Origin: Antedon mediterranea
Lineage: Eukaryota; Animalia; Echinodermata
NCBI RefSeq assembly: GCF_964355755.1
Contig: NC_092677.1
Location: 10,314,101 to 10,378,100, forward strand
DNA length: 64,000 bases
Direction of reading: 5' to 3'
Of the stretch, positions 25,601 through 37,600 are shown in pieces (within the stretch, counting starts at the first letter, position 1; every line of letters begins with the position of its first letter). The position numbers and the translations under genes were made by a program. The notes beneath the pieces were generated by a model that made no database searches, was not told where the DNA came from, and saw only the letters and a list, made by a program, of their open reading frames with translations.

Positions 25601-28600
25601 CACAAGTTCGAAATTGGTGTTCTTTACATGTTTTATTGTCGTGCGTTGCATACAACCTGTGGAGCGATATTTGAAATTATAAATAGGCCTACTTTTTAGG
25701 GAAGTCACAGTTAGTTTCTGGTGTGTTTCTTAAAAATAAACAATTAGACCTTCCGAGCTGAAGAGCCTAAATTTAATTCCAGTTACAGGTGTAATACCCA
25801 AAAAGCTTAGTACTGTAGCCGCTTACAGTAGTACTGTTGTAAAGAATTTTCGGTTTCTGATTTTGTGACAATAACATTCTCAATTAAATGAAACCAATTC
25901 TTAAACAGCTTACCATATCAATTATTAATTTGGGAATTGGATATTAGTATTGTTATTACTTCTTATTGCCTTTGTTGTTTTATTAAACGATGTTTTACTA
26001 ATGACAACCCCTCCTCAAAAATATTGATTTTCATTGCATCCGGTGAATTGGTAGTAAAAACTATATTTTTAACAGCTTATAAATGAAAAAAGACCACTTC
26101 AATAATTATTTTGATGTTTATTCGCATTGTTTCCAATTCATTCTACTTTTATTCAATGATGTTACATTGTGGAACCCCTCCTCAAAAATATTGATTTCCA
26201 TTGCATCGAGGAATTTATGTAAAAGTATATTTTTAATAGATAAATGGAAAAACCCACAATTCTTTTTTTGAGAATTTTTATGTGCATTGTTTCCAATTCA
26301 TATTGCTTCTATTCAACAATGGTCCAATAATGAAAACCCTCCTAAAAAATATTGATTTTATTTATTTATTTTTTTTTATTAAGGCTAATTCTCAGCTACT
26401 TGTTTTTGTTCTCATTGCTTTTATTCTATATTCAATAATTTATGCATTCTCATGAAAACCCCTGCTAGAAGTGTTGATTTCTCTGTAGGCGTAAGCGAAA
26501 TGCTAAATAAACTGTGGACATCCAATGCAAATGAACTGATATGATCTTTTGCTATTTCACACCACTTACAATATCTATGCATACTTGCATTTTTAATCTT
26601 ATATTATTTTTAACATACTTTTTCGTGCTAATTGTATGGAGCACTAGAGACAATTTTTATCATTTCAGACTGGTAGTGATAATGGTTGCATCCGATTATT
26701 TGACCTCACAACCGAGAAGGTGACCTACGACAGAATGCTCAATCCGCAAGACCAACGAATTGTGTCACTTGCATGGCATAAATCTGACGAGATTATTGTT
26801 ACAGGGTCAATAGATAATATGAAAGTGTGGAATGTTATTACTGGTATGTTTGAACCATCTAGAGGGCGACATAATTTGTAATCAAAACAAATATGTTTTT
26901 TAATGCAATTTTGGTTGAGTATACAGTATTTTGAGAATGTCAATGAAAGAAGTAAATATGGTATTTAACTTGGAATATATATATAGACTTAGTGGTTCTT
27001 TACTATGAAGGTGGAGGTACTTTAGAGGATTGGCCTGAGGTGGTTTTTATCTTATGATATGTGCTTAAGTCAAGATAGTTAAAAGTGCTTAAGTGAAAAA
27101 CTGTGACTTTACAACTTCCATTCTTTTTTGTCTTATGGAATGGACATCATCATTTAAGATTTAAGAAAAAATATTTGCTTAGATTATTTTAAAAATTGAC
27201 TAAAGCAAACCTATTTGACTTAAAACAACATGCTTATTTTAAAAGTGGATTACATTAAACATTAATACAAAAATAATTGATCCAGTAAATTAAAATGAAT
27301 GATTTTGTTGTAAATATATTACAGGGAATGCAGTTCAGAGGATAACTCTTCAACGCACATTTAAAAAGAAAGAGACGATTGTATGGTGCGTAGCTATCCT
27401 TTCGGATCATACCATTGTGAGTGGCGATTCAACTGGCCGTACAATGTTTTGGGATGGCCGTGTCGGAACAATGTTGAAGGTATGAATAAGCACAATTCAC
27501 AATACTAATTTTGTTTATTTTTAAAAAAGTACTCCTATTCAGATAAAGTAACAAAGGAAAATATATGTTTCAACTCAACCCCACAGCCAACCACCTATTC
27601 AGGGTCACCTCTATTAAGGGGACACTTTGTTGTACTGAAGGTGTCTTTTTAAAGGTTCTACTAGAATTTATTTCATATCTTTTGTATATAATTTACTTAG
27701 GGTTACACAAGCCACCGGATGGACATTCTCACCATGTGTGTCACCAAAGATGAAACGTCAGTGTTTACGACCGGTGTTGATCCAACCATCGTTCAGTTTA
27801 CACTTGCAGTGACAGATGATCGACTCGGAACCAAGGCATGGGTCAGAAATAGGCACATAGCATTTGGCCACACCCACGACATCAGGGCTATGGTTATTGC
27901 TGGAAACTTTCTTGTATCTGGAGGTAAAGTTTATATCATATGGCAAAGTCCAGTCTAGCTGGAATTATTGAGGTTGATGATAAGAATTTTAAATAATATA
28001 GATTTAAAGCCTTTAAAAATATCTGTACACATATTTTTTAAATGACGTTTATTGTTTTTTACGGATATAATTTTGTTGCATTCTCATGAAAACCCCTGCT
28101 CAGAAGTGTTGATTTCTCTGTAGGCGTAAGCGGAATGCTAAATAAACTGTGGACATCCAGTGCAAATGAACTTATATGATTATTTGCTATTTCACACCAC
28201 TTACAAAATATATTTACTAGTAGCATACTACCCGCCACCTTAACAAGCACAGGCCTAATGTCTAAATAGTTTCAAATTTAAAATAGTTTTGCAAACTCTA
28301 TCTTCCATATGTTCATCTGTTTCAGATTATTTTTATTTTCTCTTTCTGTTGTAGGTCTTGATACCAACTTGGTAACCAACCCAATTGAGGTTTCACCTGG
28401 ACATTCACAAATACGTGGTCAGATAGAAAAATACAAAAGACTCTACCATGCCTTTCCGCAGGTAATGTAATAAGCCCACCCAAATACCCTCAGGACTGGT
28501 AATTCATCAGGCTTTTATATTGCATTCTCATGAAAACCCCTGCTAGAAATGTTGATTTCTGTGCAGGCGTAAGCAGAATGCTAAATAAACTGTGGACATC

Positions 28601-31600
28601 CAATGCAATTGACCTTATATGATCTTTTGCTATTTCACACCACAAACAATTTCTTAGGCTTTGGTAAACTATTATACAGCGTATGCTGATACAATCAACT
28701 GAACAGTAGAGGCCCTAACCATGCATGGTGGGCATCATTGTATGTGGTGAGGGTGGGCCTAGCAGATGGCCTAACACATGTATAGAATGAACAGTAATAC
28801 GTGATATATAAATGCTATAACTTAAACCTTGTTATTGCTGTTTTTATAATTTTTAAACATTCCATTGTGTTTCATTTTAATTGCTTATTGATTGATCAGT
28901 AATTCTAAATGACTTCCTAATTTTTTTTCTTAGAAATCACTGATTAAATGTGCAGGAGAGTCAAAACTTTTACTGTTCCAATATCCGTATCATTTAGAAG
29001 TATGGAAGCTAGGATCCACATCTGACGCCACAGGTTAGAACATTCAATTATATTTGATTGATTGTTACTTAATACTTTCAACATGTACTGATAATGGGGC
29101 ACGTTTTGAACCTAACAAAATGGCCTGTTAGTGAAGTGTCCCCTTAATAGAGGTTGGTCGTAGTGTCTATATTTTATTTCTCCTTGTTCATTTCACAGAA
29201 AAGTTTTCTCTTAATTGAGATGTCCCCTGAATAGGTGTGTTCGAATTTCCATTTTAAAGTGGACTAATACAATTTCTTGAATCTATACCATGGTGCATAT
29301 ACAGAAATGAGACTTTCCCTATTTAAATCTGAGGTTATACGATGGATTCTATGGCACACAATTTAATTATTTTTTCTATTCTTACAGATAAAGATGTAGC
29401 ATCATTGACAGTTTCTGAACAACCATTAAAATTATTAGATATTCTGACAAAGGTAAATATTTGAACATCTGTTATTTTTGCGTCTTAAATTTTTTAATTT
29501 TTATTTTTGTACAAAAATGCAATAAATTAGCTGTACATGAGTATAGCCTAAAATTGATGGACTAGAGTAGGACCTATCATTTGGGTCACGATGTTACGTC
29601 ATGAAGATATGTATAATCGTTTGTATGTATTTTGTGTATTATTGAGGGGCCCTAGCCTTCACTAAAGATGTAAAAAAAATAAATAGATGTCTCTCTATGA
29701 TAATAATAATAAATACATGCTCTTAAGCTCTGTCTACACTATCAAAGTTTATGTGACAAACAAATTTGATGTGCCCATATATGGACATGATGATGACACT
29801 CTTTTTGTCAAACGAATAATTTCGAATGTTTCACCTAGAACTAGTACAGATCCTTTATTTCGTTCTCTCAAATTATTAAAATTAACAGATATTAATATTT
29901 TCCAACAATGTTTATTTATTTACAAAAGCCAAAATGCTCTTCTTCCATCTCATCTACGCGATATGTTTTCTCCCAATTATGAATTTCACGGCTATTCCAC
30001 AAGAATCCTCAATAACCTTCATATTCCTAAACACAAAAAGACTTCTTTTCAACATAATATTAGATTTACTGGACCCAAGATATGGAACTCACTTCCTAAC
30101 AAAATTACAACTTCCGCAAACAAACATAGCTTCGTCTTTAACACTAAACAATATTTAATACAAAAGTAATTTAATTAATTAGTTATATTCTAGGTATCAG
30201 TTTTTATTGTTTTCATATTCCGTTATGGTAATTACTTTATTCCTATATACCATTTATTATTATTTACTAATTTGATTTTAGTTACTTTTTGTTTTTGTTC
30301 AGGCACTTTCAACACAAGCTTTTGCTTTCCAGAAATTGTGACTCCTTCATAATGTTGTTTTATTTATTTTGTATATTATGAAGGAAATAAATGTTACTAT
30401 GAAATGAAATGAAATAGTGTAGACAAAGCTTTATACAATTATGTTATTAAATTGTTTTGTTTTAATATGCAGGGTATTGACCAGATTGTTTGTTCTTCAA
30501 TAAGTAAAGATGGAGCATGGATTGCATACTCAGATGTACACAGAGTGAAATTATTCCACCTCAATCTTGATGTCCCGTCCCTACAAAAGGTAGCTTATTT
30601 TATATTAATATAGATAGATTATTGTCATACTACTCATCATCATTCTCCATCATTATCAATATCATTGTCATCAATATCATTATTACTGTCACTTCATCAT
30701 CACCATTTTGATATAAAGTTTGCAGTACACCACATATATAGTTTTGAAAAGAACTGTTTAGTTTCTTGACGTTTTGATCAATATACTTTGGTTGTCTTAA
30801 GGAGTGATAATGTCAAGGAGTGTGATGATACAAATTATTTAATACAGTAGTGTCTAGGCTAGTTAACAATATAACTTTAGTATAGTATTGTTGCAGGCTT
30901 GCCACAGTGAAAGCTAGGCTTAGACTCTAGCGAACGCTGGCAAAGCAGATCTCTAGTCCAGGCCTAGATTTTTGTGGTGGTCGACATCATGCTGGTGGTG
31001 GTGGCCAATTTCCAATGGAAGAGTGGGCTCTACTTACTAAGGAACACAATGTTTTTTTACCTTAATGGATTTTGGATTTATATTTATTATTTAATATATT
31101 TATAATATATAATAAAATAATCATAATAATAATTGAATATAATATATAAGACAGTATACAGATCCTTGCTGAAATTGTTTCTACATTTCTTTTAAGGTTG
31201 CATGTCTGCCAATGCAACTTGGTCCAACACATCATCTTGTCTTCTCTTGTGACTCATCCAAGCTGTTCCTAGCGACAGACTCCTGCTCCGTGCAGGTTCT
31301 GTTACTGGACGAAATACAGCCAACACTGCAACATACATTCCATGCGATGGAAAATTCCATTCTGGTATTAGAAGCAGACAGTTCGGGGACGTTTGTTGCT
31401 GCAGCAGACGCGGAAGGGAATGTAATTGTCTACAACGTAAATAATTTCAAGGTACAGTTTTCTTCCAACAATGTGTGTAGGCTGTACATTTCTTATTTCC
31501 TATTGTCAGTTACATTAACATTGCAAAAAAATGAAATAAAAACACAAAAAACATGACTAGACAACCAGCTTTTGTAATTTTCTACGTTGTTATCCTTGTT

Positions 31601-34600
31601 TGTTGCACTGTGAACTTACTAAAGTCAAAGTAATATCATAAATATACACAGGAGTAGTGAGTGAACTTAGTTATTAGTACTACATTTTTTAGTGCGTGCA
31701 AAATTCAAGCCATCTAATCGTATCTCATGCAATCAAAAGTTGCATTATTCAACCTGAATACTAAAATGTATGCCCATCTACCACTAGCCCGAAAATGCAT
31801 GACCATCTACCACTAGCCCAAAAATGCACGACTATCTACCACTAACCCAAAAATTCACAAATCATGCACACTGTCTAATGAATTTAAAACCCATGCAGCC
31901 ATAAATTATAATGATAATACCCTGGATTTATATAGCGCCTGAACAATATTACCCCGGTCATTTTTTGCATCAAACACGTATGGAAGCATACTCCCATAAT
32001 GCAGCTAGTAATCGGTGCAAAGTTGTGTCTTGATCTAAACCGGGTTCCCATTTATACACCTGGGTGGAGAGAGGCAAACGCAGGTAAAGTATCTTGCCTA
32101 AGGATACAAGCAATGCGGCAGAGTTGGATTCAAACCCAGTCTCACGATCATTAGTCCAACACACTGCGCCACACACCCTTACAGATATATATTTTAGCCA
32201 AGTCTCATCATCATTTACAGTAGAGTACCATATTGATGCCCCATTGCTAGGTTTTATAATAAATCACCTCCTTATTATATAACCATAGTCATTTATGTGA
32301 CAAAATATAAGACTAAATTGATAAATGTGTTTTGAATTTGCTGTTATCATTGAAGGAATATTGGTATTAGTCATCCCGGAATTCAATTTGATTTCAAATA
32401 TAGACACAATTAAGATACCATTACTGAACATAAATTTTCTATATGCCACATCAGACATTATTTATTGTATATCTAAACCCAAGGTCATGTCTAGGTTTAC
32501 GATAAAAAAAAACCTCTCAAACTTTCTCATATTATGTTGCGCCAATTAATTTAAAATGCAAGATGTGTACATGTGATATTTTATCCAAAATCACCAGACT
32601 GTTACGACATCGTAGATTATGTTTCGTCCCAGATGGATAGACGACTATCTTGTATAAAATGTTATTATTTTTTTCCCGTATATGTGCTAGGTTCACTGCC
32701 GGTTACCAACGTATGCAAGCCAGCCAAAGGCAGTAGCGTTCAGTCCACATTCTCCAGAGATTTTTGTGGCGTACTCTGATCAAATGGTATGTTTATAAGA
32801 ATAAGGAATACCCTGATAAAAATAGCTTGGAATTATATCACTTTTTTCTATATTTTGTCTTCTTTTGTAAAATTAATGCATATATATTATATATTCTTTG
32901 TCGTACATTTTATTTATAGCGCGCCATTTAAATTATTAGAATAGACTTATTTTTCACATTTTTAACCATTTTAAAGACGAAAAAAATAATTGCAATAGGT
33001 CCATATAGTAGTTTCTTCAAAATTCAGATGCCTTTGAAAATGTATCTAAAGCTCTGTCTATGTGACAGAAAATATGATTTGCCCATATATGAACACAATG
33101 AGGTCATATCACTATCATATTTGGGCATATCACACTTTGGCAAACTAGTTTGATAGTGTAAACGGAGCTTAATTTATGTCCTCTTGTTTTTAATATGGCA
33201 CTCATAAGTTTAAAAATTTTAAAACTCTTCTCTTGTTTGTCACAATGCAAAATTAGGTACAGTAAATAAATTAGTTAAATGACTTTTCGATACGTTTTAA
33301 AGCTCTGTCTACACTATCAAACTAGTTTGACAAAAAAATATGGTGGTAATTTGCCTAAATATGATAGGAATACGACATCATCATATCCATATATGGGCAC
33401 ATCACAATTGGATTACTGTTATTTTTAGCTTTATGAGTACAACTTAGAACTGAAGTCGTACACTGATTGGAGTAGAAGTTTGCATAGGTGTAAAATACAC
33501 CATGCTTGGCTGAGAAGACGCCACAAGGTTACTCGTGTTATGTATAGCGCCACCAATCCTAATATTGTGTTCGTTTATGATGTAAACATGTTATGCGCTA
33601 TCGACAAATCAAAGGTGAGATATAAAACTTTTTTCTCATTAAAAAGTAATATAACATTGGTTTTGTTGTGTATATATATAGCAATTACAGATACCAGGTT
33701 TGCGTAGTGTGGATACAATTTTGTGGAAAATCTCTCGAGATTTCACAAGGGGCCTCTGAAAAATAAAACACTGATGAGAGGCCTGTTTTTGTTCCGAGAT
33801 GTTCAAAGTTATTACTGTGCGTGCATTGCCCTGGTATTAAATCATATTAATCAAATAGCGCGCAACAACGTATTCCCTCCGAGATTTCTCCGGGTTCGTG
33901 AAAACGTGTAATATATCGGAAGATCAAACCGGGTTACAAGTTGTACAAATTTATGCAGATGTGAAAAGGGTACAAGTCTCTTCTGAGGCTTAGAGAGTAG
34001 GAACAGTCGTGAGTTACAATCCTGACACTAAGACATGATTGAACCTTGGGATTGGAAGGCAAGGACGTTAACCACCAAGCTACAGCAAGTCTTTCAATTT
34101 GTGAGCTGTTAAAGGTTATAATCTCAATATTTTGGTGCATACTTTTAATGAAGTATGAACTGGTATTATAACAATATCCAAAGGTTGGTGAGGTACTGTG
34201 TTGACAAAAGGCTGGGTACAGAACCAGTACAATTAAGCTTTAATACCAATTCACACAGACCACTTGCATATCTCGCGTGTAATGTAGATATTCTGAGCGG
34301 AACCGCCCATCCGCTTCGCGTAAATGGTCATAAAAAATAACATAGGTTCTATATTTTTCTTTCCGTTTACCACTTACCGTTTTCTGTCGTCTGTATGAAT
34401 GGGCCTTTAGGCTAGGGATAAGATGCTGTTTTGACACCCCCCCCCCCCCCCCCCACCACGAATGTCACCATTGTTTATTGATACCAGCAGAACAAAATTT
34501 ATAGTATGCTAATATATATACATTTTTATGTGTTGCGTATTAACTATGTATGATGCTTGTTCAAAATTAATACCTACCTCTATATGATACAATACAGTTT

Positions 34601-37600
34601 TTCAACAAAGAAAATCGCACAGTTAAGTACTGGAGATCACTCAATTTATAAAAAATGCTTTTTATAAATGAATGGATGGTATACTCTTTCATTTTAGTCT
34701 TTTTTCATATATTTTAAGACGACCCCTTAATGTCAGCTCTTAAAAAAAATCAGTGATTCAAAGATAAGAAAATGTGAGTTAAATGTGTGTATCCGGTAGG
34801 ACCAGGCACAGAAAAGAAAAAAACAATAAAATCGATAAATTAGAAACTAAAATCTTTTTTTTTTAAATTTTTTGAGAAGTATGCTATAAAATGTGAGTTA
34901 AATGTGTGTATCCGGTAGGACCAGGCACAGAAAAGAAAAAAACAATAAAATCGATAAATTTGAAACTAAAACCTTTTTTTTTTAAATTTGTTGAGAAGTA
35001 TGCTATAAAATGTTATCGCAGTCATAAAATATACAGTATGGTGGACACACAGACAAACACAGATGGCTTTAATCAACATGCAGAATTTTTTTTTTCTGTA
35101 CGCAAATTATGGCATAGTAAAACATTTATAAAAAAACAAATAAAGAAGAAAGGTAGGTTAGATAAATTTTGTCCATATTTAGGTTTGTCTGTATAACTCA
35201 AATTACATCGGGTGACAATTTTACATTACAATATTTAATACAATAGATGATGGGCCTACAGTATCTATATTTAGAGTACATAGAAAGGAAGTAGTGTTTG
35301 TATGCTTGTTTCGTTAAATCAAAATGACTGCAAATGTACTGGAAAACTACATTTTGCCACATTAGGCAGTACGGTTTATTTTTTATATTACATTTTACAA
35401 ATCTAATAGAATATTAGATAAATCATTGCTTCTATCCAATATACTGTGTATAACAGTAAATAACCTCTATAAAGGGGACAACTTACTGTAGTGGTCCTTA
35501 GAGACCCTTTAATGGGGCTTGTCAAAGTGTCATTTTTCTTGTTTGTATCACTGAAAAGGTCCTCATAATAGGAACGCCCCCAATTTAATTATTTAATTTT
35601 ATTTGTGCATTTACGTACATTCGCTTTTAATACATTATTGCGAGATTAAAATAAATGACACCTGTACACAAATCCTTTTGAGGAGTTAGGCTCTATTCTG
35701 TCTTCATTTTGTTTTAGTAATAACATGGAGCTATAGCTCCATAGTAATAATAATTGAAACAATGTATTGCATGGCTGTCTATTGGTCCTTATACACTTTT
35801 AAAAGTAAAGTCTATTTATCAAGATGATCCCACAATTGTAGCGGTAAAACCAAGGCAATCTTAAATAGTGGATGCTGAGATTCGAAGATTAAAGGGTTTA
35901 TCCTTGGCTGCAACACGATCAGTTACACACCCCTTATAGACACTGCGCGCCACGTAGAATATATACATAGTACAGTACTGTTGGTATTTGTCGCAGCCAG
36001 ACATAAGATCAAAGGACTGTTACAAGTTCCCATCTTGGCAAAGAAACACTATATGTTTATAAATCTTGCGCAAGTAACAATTTGCATACTAATCTAGAAT
36101 TGAACCAAAGGCCTTGAGATTGGTAACATTTAACCACAAATTTATAGTAACACTACAGTACATAAACATAATATATTTTTAGACACAATTTATATACAGT
36201 ATGTTGTATGCTCCTGACCTTGACCTCCGACACATCAGGTCAAATGAAGAGAGAACGATTTATGAGCAGTCTCATATGTGTGAAACGATTAAGTAATGTT
36301 TGTTAACCCCAAATTTAACATCAGTTGATTATAGTCGAGTTTTTGTTGTTGGAACTATTATCAGGAATTTTCAGCCTTCACATGGTGTCGTCGTTTTAAA
36401 TTACATAACTTTTCAGTATTCAAAATCAGTAAAATACCAAATAAATTGAATTGTGAAGATTTATGCTCTTCTTAATAATCTAATTATTGAAAATTGAAAG
36501 TCTTTAAATTTAAGATTTATGCCGAAAACAAATAAATTATATTATATATTGTTGTTTAAATGATTTTTATTTTTGACTGTTTTGTATCAGGAATCTTAGA
36601 AATAATATTTGTTTTGTTTTTGTGGTTTGTTTTCCATTATAAAGAGTTTATTTATTTTTGTTATGGTTTCACTTTTACTGGACACAGTAGGCAACAACTA
36701 TTACTTACATTATTGGAGCTTTAGAAAGATCATAAATGGATTATTTTTGGAAAAAAGGTTATTTTGAAAGGTTTTATTGATTTATAGGTCCGTGTCACTT
36801 CCGAGTGCTGGGCTAATAATTATTTACATGTTTTATAGAAACACTCAAAATATACATGATATAACTTTATGATTTAACAGAAAAAAATATTGATAATAGA
36901 GTAATATATTTGAAGCCAATGCAGCCTCTTACAGTTACTAGTTTTGAGTGCTGTATTCTAATTGGTTGGTGCACTTGTGTACAGCTCTGTCTACACTATC
37001 AAACTAATTTGACAAAAAAAGTATGATGTGCCCAAATATGGTAGTGGTATGCTTAAATATGGTAGTGATATCATCATCACATTTTGTTGTCGCATATTAG
37101 AAGGGGAGATGGTGACCTTCGCAAAACTTGTATTACGGACCCTAAAGGATAATCCTCAGTCTCATGAGGGTCACAGGGGTCAATGGCAGTAGAAATAGAT
37201 TGGCTTTGTTTATCTGCCGCGCTATTTCTTTGTACAATGAACGATGAGGTGCTGTATAGAATTTGATATTAAAATATGCTTTGGGTTAAAGAACCTATTT
37301 CTCAAGCGCCCATTGTAACATAACAATACTTTTAAAAGTTCAGGTATATTAATGTTTTTGCATTTTACATATACATTTGATATCTAAATAGCCATTCTTT
37401 TTTAGAATGATTTTTTTTTTCTAGCAGAATTTTCAACAACCTTTATTTTTTGTAATGTCATAAATTTCAACTTCACTGCCCATGAATAAGATTTTCCTAC
37501 TTTAAATCAAATTTTCTATACGAAATTGGACTGAACTCCTTAATTTAATTTTTTTTCTAAAGATATGGGTAATAAGTTTGGAAATGACCTAATACTCAAT

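Noticed and set aside
34030-34090. tRNA gene (also about 59500-59550 and the head of 31922-32180)
   Set aside because: Only degenerate A/B boxes and no complete cloverleaf; these are SINE heads.
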